A DNA stretch of 64,000 nucleotides, taken from a virus. The notes beneath the pieces are model-generated. The model was not told where the DNA came from. It was given only the letters and a program-made list of their open reading frames with translations, and did not search any database. This document shows, in pieces, positions 1 to 7,900 of this stretch. Location: positions 1-64,000 of the IMG/VR virus record IMGVR_UViG_3300022745_000023; one strand, 5' to 3'. Both the position numbers and the translations under genes were made by a program. Numbering within the stretch: position 1 is the first letter of the stretch; every line of letters begins with the position of its first letter.

Positions 1-249
1 ACCATTGGGGGGGGCACCATTGGGGGCGGCACCATTGAGGGCGGCACCATTGAGGGCGGCACCATTGAGGGCGGCACCATCTGGGGCGGCACCATCTGGG
101 GCGGCACCATCAGGGGCGGCACCATCTGGGGCGGCACCATTGAGGGCGGCACCATTGAGGGCGGCACCATTGAGGGCGGCACCATCAGGGGCGGCACCAT
201 CTGGGGCGGCACCATCAGGGGCGGCACCATTGAGGGCGGCACCATCAAG
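1..249 (+). repeat. 15-bp tandem repeat ACCATYNRGGGCGGC, 16 full copies plus a partial copy
   Basis: Directly visible, 4 units per 60-nt line. Confidence 0.97.
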
Positions 250-480
250 TCCTCTGCGGACTACGGTGCTTTCGTTCAGGTCGGTTCCGAAGCCGGCATG
301 TTGACATGGTGGCGCGAAGAAGACGGCTCGATTGTTGTCTCGCGCGGCTGTTTTAAGGGGACGCTTGACCAGTTCGAGGCGGCTGTCCAAAAAACTCACG
401 GCGATAGCAGGATCGGGCAGGAATATGCCTTGTTGATCCAGTTTATCCGTATGCGCTCCGCTGTTCTGACGGAGGGCTAA
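1..480 (+). CDS. 5'-truncated pentapeptide-repeat (TIxGG)n phage protein with conserved C-terminal GCFxGT..F...V.KTHG domain
   Basis: Frame +1 is open from base 1: TIGGG TIEGG TIWGG TIRGG... and runs into the 298..480 ORF. Confidence 0.8.
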   Translation, partial: TIGGGTIGGGTIEGGTIEGGTIEGGTIWGGTIWGGTIRGGTIWGGTIEGGTIEGGTIEGGTIRGGTIWGGTIRGGTIEGGTIKSSADYGAFVQVGSEAGMLTWWREEDGSIVVSRGCFKGTLDQFEAAVQKTHGDSRIGQEYALLIQFIRMRSAVLTEG

Positions 481-524
481 TTCATTCGGTGGGAAATTAG
501 TCCATGATCCGCTGACCGGGAAAA

Positions 525-564
525 GAAATGCCGCGCTTTCCATATTGGATCGCGCGGCATTTTC
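525..564. terminator. Intrinsic terminator, possibly bidirectional
   Basis: AAATGCCGCGC / GCGCGGCATTT stem with A and T tracts on each side. Confidence 0.75.
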
Positions 565-580
565 ATACCTTATGGGTAAA
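564..580. promoter_or_regulatory. Putative repressor operator (TTTACC-N5-GGTAAA family)
   Basis: CATACC-TTATG-GGTAAA upstream of the early operon. Confidence 0.6.
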
Positions 581-658
581 CTTTCCTGTTGCGGTGATGT
601 GTAGATTGTCTTATTGGAGGGGCAAGGGCGATGCCCCTCTCTAGGCAAGGACCGCGAA

Positions 659-886
659 ATGCTCACTGTTCCCGAACTCCCTCATAACTGCAACTCTTGG
701 ATCATCGCCAAGGATGGTGAAGCCGTTCTTGAAACGTGGTCGCGCAAGGTGGTTGAAAACGCTGCCTGCGCGGCAAGGCCCGGCGTTGAAATCTTCACCG
801 CTGACCAGTGGCTTGCCCACGTAAATGCTGCCGAATACGAAGCCACGTTTTCCAGCCGCCGCGAATTTCCCAGCATGGAGTATTAA
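659..886 (+). CDS. Hypothetical early protein
   Basis: ATG at 659 after AAGGA; first gene of the operon. Confidence 0.6.
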   Translation: MLTVPELPHNCNSWIIAKDGEAVLETWSRKVVENAACAARPGVEIFTADQWLAHVNAAEYEATFSSRREFPSMEY

Positions 887-889
887 TCC

Positions 890-1090
890 ATGAGCCGCAA
901 AACTCGCCCTGTCTGCACCTGCTCCGCGCATCAACTGGCGCAGGTGGGGTGTGATTGCGAGGCCGACCCGTTCTTCTGGAATGCGGACGGCTCGCCCAAC
1001 GCCAATGATTCAAACCCAATGTTCCAGCGGATGAAGGAACAGTTTCACGGCATGTTTGCCGTCACCGATGCCCTTTGCAAGCAAGGATAA
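890..1090 (+). CDS. Hypothetical Cys-rich small protein
   Basis: GGAG RBS, operon packing. Confidence 0.55.
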   Translation: MSRKTRPVCTCSAHQLAQVGCDCEADPFFWNADGSPNANDSNPMFQRMKEQFHGMFAVTDALCKQG

Positions 1091-1095
1091 GAGAT

Positions 1096-1317
1096 ATGGC
1101 CACTTTCAACGCCAAGGAAATCGCCACCATTGAAATTGCGCTGATTGGCTGGATCGTTCGCTGCCGGAATGTGGCGCGGGATATGCGTAAGATGGCCGAA
1201 GAGCATCCTGATATGGCTGAAAAATGCTATGCCAACGTTGCCGCTTCCGACGCTCTTCGCGCAGACGCAGAAGCTGTCATGAATGCCATCGCATTTGAAT
1301 GCGGGGAGAAGGCGTGA
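1096..1317 (+). CDS. Hypothetical protein
   Basis: ATG at 1096 with purine-rich RBS. Confidence 0.6.
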   Translation: MATFNAKEIATIEIALIGWIVRCRNVARDMRKMAEEHPDMAEKCYANVAASDALRADAEAVMNAIAFECGEKA

Positions 1318-1475
1318 AGGACCGTATAACACCTCTCGCGCTTGCGTGGGAACTGGCACGCCTTCACTTCGCTGGTTGGCGCAGTAGGCCCGGCTATTCC
1401 GTTACCGCGCGCGAAAGTGATGGCTCGATCTACATTGCTATGTGGCTTGATCCGGTTGAAACAAGGAAAGACTGA
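1314..1475 (+). CDS. 53-aa hypothetical protein (not in the ORF track)
   Basis: GTGA overlap with the upstream stop, TGATG overlap with the MTase start, GGAG RBS. Confidence 0.6.
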   Translation: MKDRITPLALAWELARLHFAGWRSRPGYSVTARESDGSIYIAMWLDPVETRKD

Positions 1476-2926
1476 TGACCGAATCAACCGCACTCGCCAC
1501 GCTGGCCAACATTGATGATCTGGTGGCCGGGCGCAACAAGTCGGTGGGCCTCTGGATGAAGGCGTTCGACGACTTTCACGCCACCGCCAAGGAAGCGGCT
1601 GGCTGCTCCATCGGCGGGAATATCTCGTTTCATGTGCCGTCCAGTAGCCGCTATGACAACGGCGATCTGGCGCAAGCGTTTGCCAGTGGCAAGCGTGAAG
1701 ACTTTGTTCGCATCGTCGCGGAGGAAGTGGATCGGCGCTGCTGGCAGGGCCTCATGACGCAGCTTGGCTTTGACCAACTGCTCGACCGGCAGGCGCGCGA
1801 AGAGTTCCGGCAAAGCCTCAATGGGACGCCGCCGTTGTTCTCGGTCGATAACTGCGCGGCCACGTTTGGAGATATTTGGCTAAAGCGCCGCGAAATCTAT
1901 CTGCGCGGCATTGCCAATATTTTCATGGCGATGGACCGGCGCTTTCGCTCGCATGATGCCTTCGCCATCGGCAATCGGCTGATTATCGAGAATGCGCTGA
2001 ACATCGACGGGTGGTGGCACGACTATAACCGGCGCGACTCGCTGCATGATGTTGAGCGCACGTTCCGTGAACTAGATGGCAAGCTGCCCCTCTCGAACGA
2101 TCTGCACGCGAATTATGAGCGCCGACGCCATTGGGTGCCCGACATGCGCGATTGGGGCGTGGTCAAGCGTGTCTCGTGGCTGCTGGTCAACAAGACCCCG
2201 ACGCCGTTCGTCATGGAAACCGACTATTTTCGGGTCCGCGTGTTCGGCAACGGCAATATCCACCTGTGGTTCAAGCGCAAGGATCTGCTCGCGCAGGTGA
2301 ACGCGCTGCTGCTGGAATATTACAAGCCGCTTGAGGGTGATATGGGGGAAGGGCCGGATTATGAATCCGCGCCGCGTCCGCACGCCACCCCGGCAAAGAA
2401 TTTCGGCGCGTTCTTCTCGTCGCAGGAAGTAGCCGACCGCGTGATTGATCTGGCCTGCATCCGTAAGGGCGATCTGGTGCTTGAGCCGTCCGCTGGCTCC
2501 GGGGTTCTGGCCGACGCGGCGCGCGAAAAGGGCGCAACCGTGCATTGCGTTGAGGTGCAGGAGCAATGGGCCGCCGTGTTGGAAAGTAAGGGGCATTCTG
2601 TGCGCCGGGCCGACTTCTTCGATGTGTCTCCAACGCCGGTCTATGACCGGATCGTGATGAATCCGCCCTTTGATCGAGGCCGCGATTGCGACCATGTGAT
2701 GCAGGCATACAAGTTCCTCAAGCCGGGCGGGACGCTGGTTGCTGTCATGTCGGCCCGCGCCGAATATGCGACCGATGGGCGGCATAAGGCGCTCCACGAC
2801 CTGATTAAGCAGGCGCGCGGCAAGTGGGCCTCCCCCAACTGGTACACGCTGCCCGAGCGCTCGTTCGCGCACGCCGGGACCAACGTCAACACGGTCATGC
2901 TGCGAATCGAGAAGCCTCATGCTTGA
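1475..2926 (+). CDS. DUF4942-type class I SAM-dependent DNA adenine methyltransferase
   Basis: VLEPSAGSG (motif I), IVMNPPF (motif IV); N-terminal domain ending RVFGNGNIHLWF. Confidence 0.88.
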   Translation: MTESTALATLANIDDLVAGRNKSVGLWMKAFDDFHATAKEAAGCSIGGNISFHVPSSSRYDNGDLAQAFASGKREDFVRIVAEEVDRRCWQGLMTQLGFDQLLDRQAREEFRQSLNGTPPLFSVDNCAATFGDIWLKRREIYLRGIANIFMAMDRRFRSHDAFAIGNRLIIENALNIDGWWHDYNRRDSLHDVERTFRELDGKLPLSNDLHANYERRRHWVPDMRDWGVVKRVSWLLVNKTPTPFVMETDYFRVRVFGNGNIHLWFKRKDLLAQVNALLLEYYKPLEGDMGEGPDYESAPRPHATPAKNFGAFFSSQEVADRVIDLACIRKGDLVLEPSAGSGVLADAAREKGATVHCVEVQEQWAAVLESKGHSVRRADFFDVSPTPVYDRIVMNPPFDRGRDCDHVMQAYKFLKPGGTLVAVMSARAEYATDGRHKALHDLIKQARGKWASPNWYTLPERSFAHAGTNVNTVMLRIEKPHA

Positions 2927-3167
2927 ACTTGATCTGAAAATCAGCCTTCACCTTCGCCGCCTTCGCAAGCGCGAGTTACATGATGACGGGCCGTGCTGGC
3001 ATGGGATAGCCAGCATCCGGCAGGCGGCGGGCCTGCCCAAGACCAAGGAAGGGAAGGCCGCTGCACGCGCCGCGCTCGACCGATTGATTGCCGCTGGCCA
3101 TGTTAAGCGCGCCATCGAAGGCAACGGTCATTACATGGTGGTCGGCCCGGATTACATCATGGTTTGA
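2919..3167 (+). CDS. Small winged-helix-like protein
   Basis: AALDRLIAAGHV pattern; overlaps MTase stop. Confidence 0.55.
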   Translation: MLELDLKISLHLRRLRKRELHDDGPCWHGIASIRQAAGLPKTKEGKAAARAALDRLIAAGHVKRAIEGNGHYMVVGPDYIMV

Positions 3168-3234
3168 TCTGGAATTGCCGACGCGAAGGGATTTAAGGGC
3201 TTGCACGAGGGCCGCCGATAGGGCATAGCTGTTT

Positions 3235-3299
3235 CTGTCGTCAGACAGTCCCTCTCCTTGGGTCGCGGAAGCCCTCGGTGTCACAGCCGGGGGCTTTTT
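3235..3299 (+). ncRNA. Candidate ~65-nt small regulatory RNA with an anti-Shine-Dalgarno seed
   Basis: TTGCAC-17-CATAGC promoter (3201-3229), 5' hairpin CTGTC-GTCA-GACAG, seed CCCTCTCCTTGGGT, terminator 3269-3299. Confidence 0.55.
3269..3299 (+). terminator. Intrinsic terminator
   Basis: AAGCCCTCGG-loop-CCGGGGGCTTTTT. Confidence 0.8.
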
Positions 3300-3312
3300 C
3301 TCAAGGATGATC

Positions 3313-3402
3313 GGGCGGGTGGCCGAGTGATTTAAGGTAGCGGTCTTGAAAACCGCCGTGGGCTTACGTCCACCGTGGGTTTGAATCCCACCCCGCCCGC
3401 CA
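3313..3402 (+). tRNA. trnS: tRNA-Ser(TGA)
   Basis: GGGCGGG/CCCGCCC acceptor, GCGGT-CTTGAAA-ACCGC anticodon arm, long variable arm, G73 plus encoded CCA. Confidence 0.95.
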
Positions 3403-3443
3403 ATTCTCATTTTGAAAAAAATGCGCCGCCTGCGAAATTGCGC

Positions 3444-3472
3444 TTGCAATGTAGGAACGATGTTCCTAAAAG
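3444..3472 (+). promoter_or_regulatory. Sigma70-like promoter with a perfect 17-bp palindromic operator
   Basis: TTGCAA-17-TAAAAG; TAGGAAC-GAT-GTTCCTA at 3452-3468. Confidence 0.75.
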
Positions 3473-3516
3473 GGCGCTACAAGGTGCGATGCACCGCCTC
3501 ACGAAGGAAGATCGAA

Positions 3517-3870
3517 ATGACCACTTACACCATCCTCGATACTGACGGCTCCGTCCTCGAACGCGGCGTTACTCTCGCGGAAGCCGCCGATGCCATCATG
3601 ACCAGCGATAGCTGCGAATGGGTCATTCGCATGGGGGAACCCGGCTACTACACCGCGTGGGGCCGGCAGCAAGTGGCCAATCGCTCGTGGGAACCCACCA
3701 TCTTCACGGCTTATAACGCCGACAGTGAGGATGCCGCTTGCGACGCCATCTACACGCAGATCGTCAATCACCTGCGTATGCCCTGTCACTGCGAGGCCAT
3801 GACCGATGCGGATTATGACGAGATGATGGCGCAGGTGGCTATCGACAACGGCGAAGGCGATGAGGATTGA
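3517..3870 (+). CDS. Small highly acidic protein (candidate anti-defence protein)
   Basis: 117 aa, 23 D/E versus 5 R and 0 K; AAGGAAG RBS. Confidence 0.75.
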   Translation: MTTYTILDTDGSVLERGVTLAEAADAIMTSDSCEWVIRMGEPGYYTAWGRQQVANRSWEPTIFTAYNADSEDAACDAIYTQIVNHLRMPCHCEAMTDADYDEMMAQVAIDNGEGDED

Positions 3871-3873
3871 GCC

Positions 3874-4206
3874 ATGACCAACATCACCCACACGCCAGCG
3901 CCTTGGAATGCTTTTGGCGTCGTCAAGTGCTGCTCCATGTGTGATGGCGAGGGTGTCATTGCCTCGCACCGCCGCCCCACCATCGACGATCCGTTTCCCC
4001 AAGATGACTGCGAATGCGGCTTGGGGAAGCATGAAGCCGAATGCGAGGTGTGCGGCTTCAATCAGGTCACTGCCGGCGCTGATTGCCTTGTCTGCGACAT
4101 GGTGGCGAACCTGCATGACCACGAGGTTCGCGCCCTGAATGTAGATGCCTTCACCAAGGCCTTGACGGTCGCCGTGGCCGCCGCCCGCGCTCAAATAGCC
4201 AAATGA
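3874..4206 (+). CDS. Cys-rich Zn-finger-like protein
   Basis: CSMC, CEC, CEVC, CLVC motifs. Confidence 0.7.
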   Translation: MTNITHTPAPWNAFGVVKCCSMCDGEGVIASHRRPTIDDPFPQDDCECGLGKHEAECEVCGFNQVTAGADCLVCDMVANLHDHEVRALNVDAFTKALTVAVAAARAQIAK

Positions 4207-4260
4207 TCCGACAGCGCCCGCGCTTTCGCGGCGCGGTCCACACAACAAGGGAAAGAGTCA

Positions 4261-4569
4261 ATGGAAAACATGAAGCACACGCCGGGGCCTTGGCGGCTCA
4301 ACGCCGGCAATGAAACAGAAATTATGTCCGCGCGTCGTAACGTGGCCCGCGCTCATTGCGGGGCGATGACCGGTATCCGGGTCGACGAGGCCGAGGCCAA
4401 CGCCCGCCTAATCGCCGCCGCGCCCGACTTGCTGGCGGCTTGTGAGGCGCTTTTGCAAAGCGTCGCCTATGCCATCGCCGCGCAGGATGCGCCAGCGCAA
4501 TCCACCATGCGCGCTAATCTGGCCAATGCGCTCGCCGCCATCGCCAAAGCCAAGGGGGCGGTGCTGTGA
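4261..4569 (+). CDS. Conserved phage protein (KHTPGPW...ANARLIAAAPDLL family)
   Basis: Widespread phage motif. Confidence 0.85.
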   Translation: MENMKHTPGPWRLNAGNETEIMSARRNVARAHCGAMTGIRVDEAEANARLIAAAPDLLAACEALLQSVAYAIAAQDAPAQSTMRANLANALAAIAKAKGAVL

Positions 4570-4700
4570 CCGGCCCCCGCCGTATGACGCGCGACGAATG
4601 GTTCGGCCTCGCCTGCGTTGTCCTCATGGCCATCACGCCGCCCCTCGTGGGCTGGGCGTTCGGCCACCCGCAACCCAAGCACATGGAGGCTGCACGATGA
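4566..4700 (+). CDS. 44-aa single-TM protein (not in the ORF track)
   Basis: GTGA and ATGA overlaps with both neighbours; WFGLACVVLMAITPPLVGWAF. Confidence 0.6.
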   Translation: MTGPRRMTRDEWFGLACVVLMAITPPLVGWAFGHPQPKHMEAAR

Positions 4701-4906
4701 CGCCTGCCACTATCGCCGCAATTCGCAAGAAGGCCGGGTTTTCGCAGTCCAAACTCGCCGCAATGCTGGGCCTGTCTGATAGCCGCACCGTTCGGCATTG
4801 GGAGAACGGGACGCGGGAGATTAGCGGCCCCGCCTCGATCCTCATGGAAATGCTGGATCGCGGGGAAATCCCGGCGCGCTATCTGATCGGTGGAGGTGAA
4901 GTTTAA
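4697..4906 (+). CDS. XRE-family HTH regulator (Aca-like position)
   Basis: IRKKAGFSQSKLAAMLG..RTVRHWENG; GGAGG RBS; last gene of the operon. Confidence 0.88.
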   Translation: MTPATIAAIRKKAGFSQSKLAAMLGLSDSRTVRHWENGTREISGPASILMEMLDRGEIPARYLIGGGEV

Positions 4907-4920
4907 CTTCCCCCGGCTTG

Positions 4921-4943
4921 GTCGTGACTGCACCTTACGGGCA
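4921..4943 (+). promoter_or_regulatory. Late promoter GTCGTGAC-N3-A-N3-T; +1 on the ATG
   Basis: Motif starts 22 nt before ATG 4943. Confidence 0.8.
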
Positions 4944-7900
4944 TGGATCAGTGCCCGGTAACAATGGAGCCAGTCGGCTCCAATTCTGTCTCTGCCGCGC
5001 TCGCAAGTTCGGGCTGTGAGTGGCGATATGTTCCCTTCGACCGCGAAGGCTGGGAAGGCCAGTTCCCAAACGCCTCGGTATCAACGCCTCTGGGGGAAGT
5101 GGAGATTGCCCCGGAGCGCATTGAAATGCCGGACGTTGGCCTGTCCCTGATCGGCCTGATCCGCCCTGTTCTCGAAAACCCCACCTATGCGGTAAAGCGT
5201 GACAATTCACTCGCGTTTCACCGCCCGGTGATCGGAACCGAGGGGGAAGTAAGGGGCTACGCCACCGTCAACATTCACCCCGATAGGGTGCGTGTCTATG
5301 TGGCGGAACAGCCCGAGGACTTCGACCTGCTCTCGCCCGACGCCACCGGCTCTATGGTGGCCGATGAAGATGGTGATGGCCGGGCCACCTTCAAGTCGTT
5401 CATCTACCGGCATGGGGGTAACGGGGATAACGCTCTGGGGGGTAACTCGGGCGGGGGTAACGAACCTATTGTTGCCGTTACCTCCTTCGACGTCGCCGTA
5501 ACCCTGCTGGGAATTGGCGGCGATCTGCTCAAAGCGGATCACGGCCCCATCCCCGCCGACGCGCGCTGGATCACGGTCCACCCCAACGGGGAGGGAAGCA
5601 AGGGACAGCCCATCCTCGTCGTGCCCGCTGGCGACAAATCCGGCACCTTCCGCGTGATCGGCGGCGCGGGCGGCAAACTCAACATGATGAAGCTGCGCGG
5701 AGTGAAGTCCGAGGCGGATTACAAGGCCGAGTTCGGCGCGCGCGCAAAGGCAAGGCGCGTCTCCAAGAAGGAGCAAGCCCGAAAGGACAAGGAGCTTGGA
5801 ATCGACAAAGCCAAGGCCGAAGCCCGCGATGCCATCCGCAAGCAGCGTACCGAAGCGCAGAAAGCATTCATCAAAACCGTGGCCGAGGCTATGGGGTGGG
5901 GTGATGATGATCTGAAAATGCAGACGAACGGCCTTTCGGAAACGGCGGTAAAAAAGGCGGAAGCGGCGCATCACGCTGATTTGTTGGCAAAAGCCAAGGC
6001 GGCGATTGAGACGCAGCGCAAGATCCTTGTGACTGATTTAGACAAGCGGCTCGCGGCTGGGCTGGGAACGGTCCCGCTCGATGCGCCTATGTCTGAACTG
6101 TCGGTGCAGGATTTGGACCCTGTTCGCATTCCTGATTCGTCGGGGGTTTCGCCTGATTTCAAGGCGCGGGCGGAGGCGAACGGCCTGACGCCTGAAAAGC
6201 TGGATTCTGAACAGGCCAAGGTGCAGGCGCAGGAGGCGGGGGAAGCCCCGGACCCGGCGAAGGCATTGGAGCGCGGGAAGGTGGCCGAGGCGATCCGCAA
6301 GGAGGTAGCCAAGGCGCTGCCAAAGCCTGACCTGCAAGTCTCGATTGCGGATGCCAAGAAGGCGGTGGCGCTTATCAAGGCGCGCAAGCAGCTTCTTGCG
6401 CTGGAAAAGGCGGCGCGGGAGGCGAATGCGGAGGTGGATGCCTCGACTGTCGAGCCGAAGGCCTATGTTCTGAAAGTCTCGGAAACTGGCGATGATGAAG
6501 TGGCGGCGCAGGTGGTTGATGATCTGCGGACGGCGCGCGCGGCGGCGTTTCTGGCTGGCGTGGAAGGGGCTGGCGGTGAAAACGAGGTCCAGCCGCATAT
6601 CAGCGCCGGGGCTTACAACGCGATCAACGCGCTCTCGCAAATCACTGGTGGCGCTTCGCTGATTGATCGGTCTGTCGTTGATGTGCTTGGGGTGGCCGGC
6701 GCCGCGCAAGTGGTGGCAAACCGGCTGCACGCGGAATACGGGGGCGACGCGCAGAAGGTAGCGGCTGGGCTTGCTGAATATCATGTGGCCAGCGCGCCGG
6801 AGGATCAGAAGGCGGCGCTCGATCAGGCCAAGGAATTGCAGGATGAGGCGGCGAAGATCGAAGTGGACGAGGCCAACTCGACCGCTGACTTGGCTGTCGC
6901 ATCGGCCCTGAACCGCAAGCGGCTCGAATATCTGGCCGACGCGCGCAAGGTGCTGGGGCAAACCCTCGGCCATATGGAGGCGAATGCCTCGCTTATCGCG
7001 GCGCTGGAAGCTGGCCCGCGCGATGGCCTTGAGGTGTCTCTCGGGCGAACGCCTCTTGAGTCGGCCATCAAGCAGCTTTGGGCCATCGGCTTGACCGATG
7101 ATGATTACTCGATTGAGCGCATCGACGGGAATGTTTTCGCCAAGGTCAATGCGGATGGCATGGCCAAGCTGGCCGCCCCGGTGGACAAGGAAAACCTTGA
7201 GCGGGTGAACCGCAACCTCGGCATCATGCAAGGCGATCAGGACGAAGATGATTGGCTTCCCGCTGGATTCGCCCGTAGGCCCGATCTGGGGCTTGATCTG
7301 AAACCGGGTGTGGCTCCGGGCCTGTCCGTGCCGTTTGACGCCTCTGCGCCCGATCTGGCGGCTTCTCTGCGCGCCTATATCGGCTCTCGCACCGCCGATG
7401 GCGACCGGGCGGCTGATGTGCTGTCCGATGTGCAGTCTGCATCCTTTTTCCAAAAGGTCGGGCCGGGGCGCGCCAAGGAATACATGGCCGCGCTGAATGC
7501 GGTGATCCCGACCAAGAACGGCAAGAGCCTCACGCGCGTTGAAGAACTGGCCCCGGTGTTCGACGGGTATGCCGATGAGTTTGTGCAATCCAAGTGGGGC
7601 GGCACGCGCTCGACGCTGAACAAGCAATCCTTCGAGCCGGATGCCATCGCACAAGAGGCGCTGCACCGCGCTCTGTCCGATGAACCGGCTGGGACGCTGG
7701 CTTATAAGCCGATTGGGGAACTGTCGCCCAAGGACCGGCACGCGCTGCGCGATTGGTTCTATCGAAACATTGCCAAGGAATCGCCTGAACAGGCCGAATT
7801 GCGCGCGCACGCCGAAAAGCTGGCCGAGCAGGAGCCGGAAAAGTTCACGACCGATATGTTCGGGGACACCACAGCCAACCCGGCGTGGAACGATTGGAAA

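Noticed and set aside
1-249. 15-bp repeats as a CRISPR array, or the GAAPL-repeat ORF 5..304
   Set aside because: No spacers. Frame +1 (TIxGG) joins a recognisable C-terminal domain, so 5..304 is a shadow frame.
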